This document shows, piece after piece, positions 52,824-63,179 of a DNA stretch of 64,000 nucleotides. The DNA is from Chloropicon primus. Lineage: Eukaryota. Every line of letters begins with the position of its first letter. Position 1 is the stretch's first letter. Location: positions 1 to 64,000 of the forward strand of contig CP060766.1 in assembly GCA_023205875.1 (NCBI GenBank). Reading direction: 5' to 3'. Under the pieces are notes generated by a model. The model was not told the origin of the DNA. It saw nothing but the letters and a program-made list of their open reading frames with translations, and searched no databases. The position numbers and the translations under genes were made by a program.

Positions 52824-55526
52824 ATGGACGAGGAAGACTGGCGTCAGATTCTGTTCGACTTCCGGTGGAGTCGGACAGCGAGGGGTCACTGGCTCGTGCG
52901 ATTCGGACATCAGAAGCTCGTGTTCCTTTGCCTGCGGCAAGTGACGAACCTGTTGCAGAATGCGGCGTCTGCTTCGTCCAAGAGGGCTCGAGGCAACCTG
53001 GAACTTGCCAGGCGCCTTGTTGTGTTCCTGGAGGAGCAGTTCGGGCGATTGGCCACGCCGGCGGAGCACGAGGCTCGAGAGAGCAGCAAGGGGAGCGAGA
53101 ATCCTCCGCAAGAAAGGTTCAACGCCAGCCAGCAGAAGAACTCCCTGTTCGCCATCTGCGAGCTGCTGAACTCCATCATAGTCGCACCTCATCAAAGCAA
53201 CAAGGTGAGGAGGGAGTTCTTGCAGCTCAAGTGCCAGGCCGTGTCGACGTTGACGGTCATCCTCGTCATCACCAACGCCCAGGTGTATTACAAGAAACTC
53301 CTCTCGTCCTTTGTCAGGCTGCTTTTGGGCATCGTGGCTCGGGTTCGGGCCCAGAGCGACCAGCAGCTAAGGCTGGTGGCCTGCGAGAGCCTCAAGCTGC
53401 TGGAGCACGAGTACCCTGACTACACCTTCGTAGTGCCCAAGCACATCCTGTCCCACTGCGAGAGCGAGACGACCTTTGCGCTCCAGGGCTACCTGTGCCT
53501 CTTGGCGGCGACCACGTCCAAGCTGGTGAGGAAGGTGGAGAGGAGCAGAGCCTTGGCGGGTCCTGGGGAGATCGAGGAAGTGGAGGAGACATCGAATCAC
53601 CACAGCAATGAGATCAGGCAGGCGACTCTGATGCTCCTGGACAAGCTGGAGGTGCTCTCCCCCGCCGGAGTTGTTGGCATCTCGAAGGATTTCTTAGTCC
53701 TCGCCAACTCCGCCAAGATTGGGCAGCAGGACTTGTGGAGAAGCTTCTACAGCGTGTTTCATATGATGAACCCGCTCATACTCAGCCAGATCCTCTTGAG
53801 CTGCGTGAAGGCCGGTTACTCGGTGAGCAAGGCTGATTACCTGGATGTAACGCATGCGCTTGTGACTCGGACGACCACCAGCTCGTTTGGCTTGGAGCCT
53901 TTTCAAATCCGGCAGCTCGTGGCCAAAGCGCTGTCAAACCTCAACAACGCGAGCCTTGGCACCTCGAAGAGCGAGTCCGAGGACGTGCAGAGGGCCCTGC
54001 TCGGGTTCGTGGAGTCCCTCTTTCCCTCTCCCCGGGACACCAAGCTCGTCGTGTCCTCCAAGATGTATGCCTGCTTGAAGATTTGCGTCCTTCTGGAGCG
54101 GTGTTCCGTGGGAAGCAGCGGGGAGGAGGTCAAAGAGGAAAGGGCCCTCCACCTCTCGAAGCGCCTGGAGAGGTTTTGGACAGAGGTGCAGCAGGCGAAG
54201 CGGTCCTCTCAATTGGTAAAGCCTCTGTTCAATGCCGTAAAGGACTTCCTCAATGGGAAACCGGGGAGCCTTGCTGTAGACCTTGCATGTGGAATCGCGG
54301 CCTACTGCTTCGACAAGCACCCCGAGGTATTTGCCAGTTGCTTGGATCACCATTTGTCGAGAATCATCGAAGCAGACTGCGACAGCCACCACCACAAGTA
54401 CTTCTTGGAAGCAGTGAACGGCCTCTTCTCAAAGTGGTTGCCGGACGACTACAAGTTTGTGGGGGGCGACATGCATCTCCTCCACCACTATTTTTCTTGC
54501 ATAGACAAGCTGTTCTCGATGAGCACTTTTTCGCCGAAACTCCTGCTGTCTGTGCTGCTTTATTACGTTCGCTGCAGCGTCCCTCGGAAAGATTCCGGCA
54601 GGAGTAATGCAAGCACTTGGGTCATCTTGGAAACTGTGCTTTCTCTGGTGCGGTCCGTCCTGAAGCATCACGCCATAAATGTCCGGGACATGCTTGAGAT
54701 GCTGAACGAGCTCCTGAGAACGGTGAAGGACTACGCAGACGATCCGGACACCGTGGACCAGTGTTGCTTCTATCTCAGCCTGATCAACTCCCTCGATGTC
54801 GCAAAGCTGTGCCTGCTCATGTTTGGCGATGACGATGCCAACAAGAACTCGAGAATTGCCATAGAGAAGCCAAAAGACGTGAAACGCAACCTGTTCAGCG
54901 ACGGCGACCAGGCGCAGGATAGGCTCGTGACGGCTTTTCGTATTGTTATGAAGCCTTGCTTTGAGTGCGAGGTGGTCTTTGACGAAGGGGCGGTTTCAAA
55001 GGAGCTGTTTGGCTTGGAAGCAAGTTTCGAGGTTTGCGCAAACTCGGGCGGCGACGTTGCCATCGAGGATGTCCTGGTGCCGTACGTCACGAGCGGCACG
55101 ACAGTGGCCGTGGATTGCCAGGTCCTGAGGCCTTTGCCTGTAGTCGTGAACCCTAAAGTCAGATTCAGCGATGCGGAGGGCAATTCATACAGTGGCCGTT
55201 GCCCTTCCATCTCCATAGGCATCGAGCATTTTTGCAGGATGGCCTCGGATGGCCCCGGGCTTCCGTGGGCGAGGACGCCGAGCATCAAGACGTGCAAGAC
55301 GCTGAAGATTGCCGCGGATTCTTGTGGAAACTGGAAGCAGTTCGAAGTGGAGCAGGGCAGGTTGCTGATCTGCCTCCCACCGAAGTTCCACGTCCAATTG
55401 GTGATTACCCCGGAAAGGGGTGGTGAATCCCATGTCCACATCCAGACGGACTTCTGGCCGTGCCTCGAGTATATTGACGACTACCTGGAAGATTTGTTCA
55501 CAAAGCCGCCGGTGTGCGTCCTGTAA
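52824..55526 (+). CDS. AP5B1: AP-5 adaptor complex subunit beta-1
   Basis: N-terminal DWRQILFDF, LRLVACESLKLLE and C-terminal LPPKFH...TDFWPCLEYIDDYL match plant AP5B1 patterns. Confidence 0.78.
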   Translation: MDEEDWRQILFDFRWSRTARGHWLVRFGHQKLVFLCLRQVTNLLQNAASASSKRARGNLELARRLVVFLEEQFGRLATPAEHEARESSKGSENPPQERFNASQQKNSLFAICELLNSIIVAPHQSNKVRREFLQLKCQAVSTLTVILVITNAQVYYKKLLSSFVRLLLGIVARVRAQSDQQLRLVACESLKLLEHEYPDYTFVVPKHILSHCESETTFALQGYLCLLAATTSKLVRKVERSRALAGPGEIEEVEETSNHHSNEIRQATLMLLDKLEVLSPAGVVGISKDFLVLANSAKIGQQDLWRSFYSVFHMMNPLILSQILLSCVKAGYSVSKADYLDVTHALVTRTTTSSFGLEPFQIRQLVAKALSNLNNASLGTSKSESEDVQRALLGFVESLFPSPRDTKLVVSSKMYACLKICVLLERCSVGSSGEEVKEERALHLSKRLERFWTEVQQAKRSSQLVKPLFNAVKDFLNGKPGSLAVDLACGIAAYCFDKHPEVFASCLDHHLSRIIEADCDSHHHKYFLEAVNGLFSKWLPDDYKFVGGDMHLLHHYFSCIDKLFSMSTFSPKLLLSVLLYYVRCSVPRKDSGRSNASTWVILETVLSLVRSVLKHHAINVRDMLEMLNELLRTVKDYADDPDTVDQCCFYLSLINSLDVAKLCLLMFGDDDANKNSRIAIEKPKDVKRNLFSDGDQAQDRLVTAFRIVMKPCFECEVVFDEGAVSKELFGLEASFEVCANSGGDVAIEDVLVPYVTSGTTVAVDCQVLRPLPVVVNPKVRFSDAEGNSYSGRCPSISIGIEHFCRMASDGPGLPWARTPSIKTCKTLKIAADSCGNWKQFEVEQGRLLICLPPKFHVQLVITPERGGESHVHIQTDFWPCLEYIDDYLEDLFTKPPVCVL

Positions 55527-55583
55527 CCATGCTGTATAACCAAAAAAAAATTATTATTACGTACATAAATAAATTGTTCCTCC

Positions 55584-57064
55584 TTACGAACGCTTCACAA
55601 TCTCGAGCACGTCCGATCTGATGTTCTTGAGGTGCTCCCTCAGGTTCTCCCCTCGACCCCAGCACGCGATGAAGTCCAGGTGGGACGCGCCCGCGTAAAC
55701 TTGGTTCGAGAAGGAAATGCCTTTTCTTTCTAGCTTTGTTGCGAGCTCGTTGCTCCAGTACCAGGGTACAACATCGTCACTTAATCCACCTGAGCAACAC
55801 ACAGCACAGCAGTCGAGAAGGAAGGTTGCGAGGAGTCAGACCTGACTTCACTCTGGTCGAGTCGAAAGATGTTCACTTACTCAAAAGATGCACGCCGGGA
55901 AAATGGTCGGACGCTTCCCTTGGTCCGGCCACTGGTTTACTCAGGAAAGAAGGCAAATCGCCGCGCTGCCTGAGCTCGGCTCGTTCCTTCTCGTACACCT
56001 CGATGCCCTTCCTGATGCCCTCCTGCACATCCTCCGAGGAAGAGGACGGCGATGCCCTCCCCGCCTCCTCGCTGAGCAGGATCGCTGGGGAAAACCGCTC
56101 AAAATTCTCCGGCCCTTGGTTCGCTCTCGCCATCGCCGAGAGGGAGTGGACGCCGCGAAACCTCTCATACTCGTAATGCTTCGTGATGTCGTACACCCCG
56201 GCCATGAGGATAACGTTTTTTGGCATGGTCCCAGCCGCTTCCTCGGCCGGCTTGTCGTCATCCTTGTGAAGACCCGCCCTCGCCAAGACGGTCATCAGGG
56301 AGAGGTGAGCCCCCGAGCTGTGGCCCACGAGGTTGATCTTGCGGGGGTCTCCGCCATACCTGTGGCAGTTGACCTCAGTCCACCTCAACGCAGCCTCCAC
56401 GTCCCTCACCTGCTGCGGGACAAACTCCTGCGGATAGAGCTGGTACGTCGCCACAACTGGCCGCAACCAACGGTGCCGCGCGTGCGCGTGTCAACAATAA
56501 TTCAACACGATCACCCACACACCCGAGGGAAATACTACTCACCTACGACGCATCCCTGACTGGCGAGATCCGATCCCATGGCCGAGTAGTGCCACAGCTC
56601 TCCCGAGGACCAGACTATCAGGGTCAAGCAAAGAAGAATCCGAAGGACAAACCCACTCGGTGTTCAGTCAGCGTTCGATCAAAGATTGCAAAGCTGAACA
56701 CGCGCGAAAGCGTCGGGCCGCACTCACCTCCTCCGTGCACGAACAAGACCACAGGAAGGCCAGCAGCAGACTCGTTCGCGCCTGCTGGGTGGTAAACATC
56801 CACGAGGTTCCTGTCACGGCTTCCGTACTGCACACTCGTCTCCACGCACGCGTTGGAAGTGTTCCACGTCCTCAAGCTCCCCCGCGTCAACGTCGCTCTC
56901 GCTGTCGCTGCACGGATGGCGAACGGCAGCAAACGCATGGTACTGAGCAACTCTCGCACGGCGAAAAAACCGAACCACGCCGTCCTGTAAACCTTCGCGG
57001 AACCGCTTGGAAGCGAAGACACCTCCCGTCGGGCTCCTTCCAACGCAAGCGTCCAGGACGGCAT
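55584..57064 (-). CDS. Isoprenylcysteine methylesterase (ICME)-like alpha/beta hydrolase; exons 56728-57064, 56543-56614, 55881-56456, 55584-55789
   Basis: The spliced product has VLFVHGGVWSSG, GGDPRKINLVGHSSGAHL, GVYDI, DDVVP and ASHLDF. All three GT-AG introns keep the frame. Confidence 0.88.
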
Positions 57065-57325
57065 CCCGCCAACAACAACAACCAACCCAACACCGATCGA
57101 TCGATCGATCCCCTCTCCTAGCCTGCCTCCGCCTTCGATCGACAGCTGACGAATGACGCGATCGATCGCGATCGTGGCGACGAGGGGGGAGAGTGCGACG
57201 AGGAAGTGCACCGATCGGTAGGAATAGGGATAGGGATCCTCTCGCTCTTTCCGTGGATACCCAACAACGCTTTAGTTTCGTTCGAGAGGCGCGGGACGAG
57301 GGGGATCACTCGATTCAGGCATCCA

Positions 57326-57361
<36 letters not shown>

Positions 57362-57496
57362 AGAGGAGGAGGAGGAAGAGGAGGTTTGAGTTTGCTCGCC
57401 GATCGATACGAATAGGGTTCACCTCGCTCTTTCCGTGGATACTTTCCTCGCCCGGGAGTCTCCTGTTCTTCCTCGTGGAGGAGCAGGACGGTGACG

Positions 57497-58945
57497 ATGA
57501 AGCTGCTGCTGCTGCTGCTGCTCGTCGTCGTCGTCGCGTCGTGCCGGGAGGAGGAGGAGGGAGGCTGCAGCGTTCTGTACGCGGGAACCACCGAGTGCAA
57601 TGGAGTGAACCACAAGCTGTTGGATGCTCTCGAGGGAGAGGATCGGGATCCTTTTTCTGTATTCGAAGGGTCTGCTTTCGGCTTCCTGCGAAGCGAGCTG
57701 TCAAGTTATGCTGGAGTCGGGGAAGGAGAAGTGGTGAAAGACCCGGAAGGGGAGGGAAGCATCGGTGGCGAGGACGCGGGCAGCCTTGACCTTGCCTTCG
57801 AAAAGTTCTCGCTCGGAAACCTCAGTCCCTCGAAATTTATCAACCTGAGGAGGGTGCTTCCTCGAGACGTGGAGTCCTTGCCCGGGCTGTTGCGGGGGCC
57901 TCAAGGAAGCAGGAAGTCTGGCAAGACTTGTGCGGTGGTGGGGAACTCCGGCGTTCTCACCAGAAACGAGTTGGGCTCTGAAATAGACGAGCACGATGTC
58001 GTGATTCGGTTCAACCTCTCGCCGACGCTGGGTTACGAGAACCACGTTGGCAAGCGGACCAGCATCAGGTTTTGGTCGAGGAGCCCGACGGGAAGGAAAA
58101 TTTCAAGACCAAGTGAGGACGACGACGGGAGTGATGTGCACTTCGTCGCGGATGCTAAAGGCCTCGGGAGCTTGCTGAGAGCGTTCTCGAAGAAGAGCGG
58201 AAAGGGGCGCCACCGCGACGCGGATGAGGAAGATGGCGGTGGTCCAGGCTACACCGCAGCAGAAGACGTCCCGATTGTCAGTCCAAAGTTCCTTGACGGG
58301 GTTTCCAATTCGATCGGATTCGTTCCAAGCGTGGGGTTCTTTGGCATCGCATTTGCCATGCACTTGTGCTCCAAGGTGGATGCCTACGGATTTTTCGCCC
58401 AGGAGCCTCAGGGAGTTCGGTTTAGGTATTTTGACTCGGAGCTCACCCCGCCGGTGACGAGTCAGCAATTGCGAGAGCAGGCTTTGGCGTTCCGGCTGCA
58501 CGACGCCGGAATCATTCGAGTGAAAGAGCCTTGCTCCCGAGAATGCGCAGATCAAGGGCTTCTGCGGTGCGGACAGTGCTTGGGCCTTGATATGGCTGAA
58601 CTGTTGGAATACAGGAGATTCACCGCGGAGCAGGAGAGCGCGAACAGGAAGCGGGATCGGGAGCTTCACGAGGACAAGGATAGCGACGAAAGGAACGCCA
58701 AGCACCATCGTGGGGCGAAGAAGGGGGAGGCGAAGAAGGACGAGAAACTTGGTTGGGAATACTTGATTGAGAGCAATCGCATCGAGGAGGTCGGCATCGA
58801 GGGGCTCAAGCATTATTTGATCGACAACGACTTGGATGCGAGCGGGGACACGTGGCTTGAGCTGAGGCTTCAAGTCTTGCGGCACGTGGAGGAGAAATCA
58901 AGACCAAAACGCCACCACCCGGCGGCGGCGAAGCGAGCAAAGTAA
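57497..58945 (+). CDS. GT29 sialyltransferase-like protein with C-terminal SAP-like domain
   Basis: N-terminal signal/anchor, sialylmotif L CAVVGNSG...IDEHDVVIRFN...VGKRT and motif S PSVGFFGI...LCSKVDAYGF. Confidence 0.88.
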   Translation: MKLLLLLLLVVVVASCREEEEGGCSVLYAGTTECNGVNHKLLDALEGEDRDPFSVFEGSAFGFLRSELSSYAGVGEGEVVKDPEGEGSIGGEDAGSLDLAFEKFSLGNLSPSKFINLRRVLPRDVESLPGLLRGPQGSRKSGKTCAVVGNSGVLTRNELGSEIDEHDVVIRFNLSPTLGYENHVGKRTSIRFWSRSPTGRKISRPSEDDDGSDVHFVADAKGLGSLLRAFSKKSGKGRHRDADEEDGGGPGYTAAEDVPIVSPKFLDGVSNSIGFVPSVGFFGIAFAMHLCSKVDAYGFFAQEPQGVRFRYFDSELTPPVTSQQLREQALAFRLHDAGIIRVKEPCSRECADQGLLRCGQCLGLDMAELLEYRRFTAEQESANRKRDRELHEDKDSDERNAKHHRGAKKGEAKKDEKLGWEYLIESNRIEEVGIEGLKHYLIDNDLDASGDTWLELRLQVLRHVEEKSRPKRHHPAAAKRAK

Positions 58946-59010
58946 ATTGTCACACATCCACCTACATTCTACACTATTGTACACATACAATTGCAGACTC
59001 CTTCGGTTCC

Positions 59011-59844
59011 TCAAAGAGACTTGTAGTGCTTGACCATCTCCTCGCACACCCGCGCGACTTCCTTCTCGTCCACTTTGATCTGTGCGCACCACGGCAGTAT
59101 GTTCTTGTTGTGGAAGGCACAGGCCGTGTAAAGACAACCCAGCGCGATGATGTGCGGGGGATGGAACAGGCACAATTCTGTTCGATAGGTTTCCTCGAGG
59201 ACGAAGTTAGCCACCTGGATGACATCCTTCCCGAGCCCCAAACTGCCCGCATACTTGAGAACGTCCTCGTGGGGGTGGTGGACGACCAGAGACGCACTCA
59301 AGTTCTCCAGCAGAAGGAGCTCGGCGTCTAGCACGTCCCCTCGGGAGCAGAGCCCGTTCGAGAACCCCGCAATCCTCTCAGGACTCACGGGAACCTCCTC
59401 GACTTTGCAAGCCAGGTAAACGCACGACAGCGCCAGGGCAGTGACGTGCCTCTCCTCCTCGAGCTCATCCTTCTCGTCGCCAGGGCCCAGGCCGGCCTCG
59501 GACGGAGCCAAGATTTTCTCGTCCAGCCTCCGCAAGTACACGCAAGCGGTGAAGACGGGCCTCTGGCGTATCTTCAGCTCCCTCCCCAGCATCACGGCGA
59601 AGTCCACGAGCTGGTCCACGAGGCTTCCCCTCCCCCTCTTCCCCTTCCCTTCCTCTCCTCCTGGCTTGGGGTCCAAAGCGGGTGCCCCTCTGAGGACGAT
59701 CTGCTTCCGCTTCTGCCTCCGCCTGGGCTTGGCGTCCGCCTCTGCCGCTGCGGCCTTGTCCTGCTCGCGCTCCCGACTCTCCGCCTCCTCCCTCGCCACC
59801 AGGAGCAGGCCGCAGTGCGTCGAGGTCCAAAAGTTCGCAGCCAT
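59011..59844 (-). CDS. CYCC: Cyclin C
   Basis: MAANFWTSTH, LKIRQRPVFTACVYLRR, CVYLACKVEE, VVHHPH, HPPHIIALGC. Confidence 0.88.
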   Translation of the reverse strand: MAANFWTSTHCGLLLVAREEAESREREQDKAAAAEADAKPRRRQKRKQIVLRGAPALDPKPGGEEGKGKRGRGSLVDQLVDFAVMLGRELKIRQRPVFTACVYLRRLDEKILAPSEAGLGPGDEKDELEEERHVTALALSCVYLACKVEEVPVSPERIAGFSNGLCSRGDVLDAELLLLENLSASLVVHHPHEDVLKYAGSLGLGKDVIQVANFVLEETYRTELCLFHPPHIIALGCLYTACAFHNKNILPWCAQIKVDEKEVARVCEEMVKHYKSL

Positions 59845-60029
59845 CGCCGAACCTCTCCATCTGTCTGTCAGGGCCAGGGGGCGGGAAAGGGCTGGATGGC
59901 ATGATGGAGCAGTGGGGAAGTTTTGTTTTGTGTGTCTTGGTCTGAGCAGACTCAGCGGCATCCTGTCCAGAGGCAAAGGTAAGATAAAGTTTTTTTGAAC
60001 CACTTGCTATCAAATGAATTTATTAGATA

Positions 60030-62444
60030 TCAGACGAACACTTTACCCAAAAAGTCCTGAAACCTCTTGGAGTACATCTTCGGAGAAACCGCAGATATTT
60101 CGTTCCTCTTGTACACGACGGACTTGCTCACGTTCTCCAGCTGCTTCCTCGCGTTGTAGTCCTGAAGAATGTCTATGATGGCGAAGAAGAGCAGGGCGTC
60201 CCTGGGCTCCTTGCTCTCGTCGTTGTAGATCACCGTGGCCGGCATGCTCACGCCAAGGACGCGCTGGCTGTAGCTCACCCCCATGGCCTCGGACAGCTTC
60301 TCCAGGTCCTCGGTGATCACGGGCCTCATGGTATCTGACCGCCTCGTCCTCGTCTGCTGGTGGAAGATCTCACTCGTCCTCCTCTCCTTGGTGGAGGTCA
60401 CCTTGTTCAGCTTATTCAGGTTGGCCAAAAAGCTCCTGCTGTCCGCGTCCTCATCTATGGTCTGGAGGCTGGAAGACGTGCCAAGCGGGGCCTCCTCTAC
60501 GCCCTGGTCGCCGTTCATGCCCCCGTCGTCATCCTCCGTCGTATCATCCATCATCGAGTTCTCCTCCTCGTCCGTGAAGTGGATGCCCAACAGCAGGGAG
60601 TAGTCCATGATGTTCATCTTCTCCAGGAGCTTGCAGTCCTTTTCGAGCTGGTCGAACAAAATGTCGTGCCACTTTCTCTCAAGCTTGAAGGTGCAATCTA
60701 AGTCAAGGTCCTTGAGGATCGTGCTCTCAGTGATGTTCCCGCTGGACCTTCCTACAACAGACCCTTTCAGGTCGTACATCCTGTGGATGTTTATGTCCCT
60801 GCAAAACACGTTGGCCATCACTACAAACCTCACCCTCTGTGACTTCTGCGGGTTTGTGATCCTGTGCAACCCGTAGAACTTGGGAAGGATGGTGTTCGAG
60901 TGCTCCGAGATGTGCTTGTGGTACGCTGGCAGAATGTTAGACAAGTGATTCAACTCGCTCTTCCTCAAGCTCTTGCAGAGGTACTGGTCATCGTGGGAAA
61001 TATAAAATACACTGCCCGACTTTCCAGGGGAGGAGAGCTCCCTCAGGGCATGATCCCCGCACAGGGCGTACACGTACTGGCCAGGGTCGCATCCGAACCG
61101 CTTTCGGAGATCCCTGAACACCCTCGGGCAGTAGGTCTTCCAGTAGAAGTCCGTGGACGAGTGAGGCGGGGTGTCCTCACTGCCGTTGTGAGGAAAGAAG
61201 ATTTGACGGCTGATGTTCTTGTCAAAGTCCGAGGCCTCGAGCTCCTTGACGCTCTCCTCGTTGACCTTTCCGATGTTGTACCTGATCCCCAGCTGCAAGT
61301 TGAGCATCAGGTCGTAGCTCCTGTGTCCTTTGACGATGGTCTCCCCCTGAACCTTCTTCGCGTACTTCTTGGTCTTCTTTGCGGGCTCTCTGGTCGCCCT
61401 CAAGCTCGGCAGACAGACCTTGTCCCTGTCTATCCAGTGCTCCTTGACTAGCTTCCCTTTGTTGTACTCTCTCCCGATGACCTTGTTCTCGGACAGGGCC
61501 ACTGTCAGCTTGTCGGCCGTGGCGTCGTTAGGAGACTTGGGCCTCGGCGTAGCCCCAGCTCCCCCACCCCCGCTGGCATCAAGCTCTCTCCACCACACAC
61601 CGCTGCCGTGCTTCTTCCCGTCCTCCCAGAATCCATAGAACGCCGACCCGTCTGCCCAAATAAACAACCCAGGGCCGTTCTCCAACCCAGTCTTCCAGTC
61701 CCCGTCGTACCTCTCTCCTGTGTGCCACACAAAAGTGCCGTGCCCGTGCATTTTCCCTTGCCTCCACTCGCCGTTGAACTTGTCTCCGTTCAGCCAGTGG
61801 TAGATCCCAAGGTTCTCGGCCAAGTCGTTCTTCCACAGGCCCTCGTAAATATCGCCGTTCGGGTACTTCTTCTTTCCATACCCTGACTTCTTGTCCTTGA
61901 CAAAACTGCCGTGGTACTCAGAGTCGTCCGAGCCCGTGTAAGTTCCTATGCCGTGCATACAGCCCTCCGACCACTGGCCCTCGTAGGACGAGCCACTCGC
62001 CCACTTGTACTTTCCGTAGCCATGCTTCACACCCTCCGACCACTCCCCCTCGTAGAAGCTGCCGTCGCTCCACTCGTACTTTCCGTAGCCGTGCGGCTGC
62101 GTCGTGGACGGAAGAGAGAACAACACAATAAGAGCAAGAGAGACAGACGGAAACAGACTCGCAGTTAGTCCTCCGCATTCATTCATTCATTCATTCCAAA
62201 AAGAAGGTCCACCTGTCGAGGGAAGAGAAAGAGAGATGGAGAGAGAGAGAGAGAGAGAGGGAGTGCGCGCGCGTGTGTGCGTATGTGGAGGAGGCAGGGC
62301 GAGAGGTCCAATGCCGAGCCTCTCCCTCCCTCGCTCCCTCGCTCTCTGAGTCCCACTTACGAGGTCGTTTTCCACCGCCCCGTGGTACACGTCGCCGTTT
62401 GGGAAGGTATGCCTGCACGAGTCGGACTCCATTTCGTTCGCCAT
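60030..62444 (-). CDS. PIP5K: MORN-repeat phosphatidylinositol-4-phosphate 5-kinase; exons 62361-62444 and 60030-62096
   Basis: MORN repeats, SYDLMLNLQLGIRY, SSPGKSGSVFY, YDLKGS, MDYSLLLG, IIDILQ. The GTAAGT...GCAG intron is in frame. Confidence 0.95.
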
Positions 62445-63179
62445 CCCGCCCGTGAGAGATCCTTCCGCTCCTGTCCCCTCCTCCCTCTCTCTGGCTCCTC
62501 GGTTGTTGGTTTGAGGTGGGGCTACCGCAGCAGCGACCGCTTTCGTTCCAAAGAGCAAAGGAGAGCGACGCGACACGTCGGTAGAGGAAGGCGTGACGTG
62601 ACGCGACGCGACGCGACGTGACGTGAGCGGACCGCCTCGCCCTCGTGTCCCAACCCTCCGAGGCCTCTTTCGTTCGTAAGCGCCGGCCGCGCCAACAACC
62701 ACAACACAGCCCCTCGCTCTCAAGCTTTTTCACACAAGATTTTTCAAATCCCTCCTCTGCTTGGATGGAGACCTTGGAGATGGAGGAAGGAGTCATGCGA
62801 TGCAATGCCGGACCTCCACCACGGGGACAAGAGGAGCGGGCCTTGGATACACAAGCATCAGGATGAACTCTCTCTCTCTCCCATTCTCATCTCTCTCTCT
62901 CTCTCTGTGTATTGGTTTGGATTGGGTTGGCTCACCTTTCTTGTTGCTCTCCACACCAAGATGGGAGGATGGCCGCAGCAGGACAACGCGCACGAGAGGG
63001 AGGGAGAGGGATGGGATGGGGATCGGGTGGGGGTGGATGAGGACAGGTAATATGCAAGCAAGCTGCGATCTGGAAATGTTTAGGGGGGAGGTCAGCCGGG
63101 ACCCAAGGCTCAGACCCCCGAACGCCTCAACACCCTATCGTCGTCCAAGTCGACTGCCGGCACCGGTGCGTTGCTGCCT

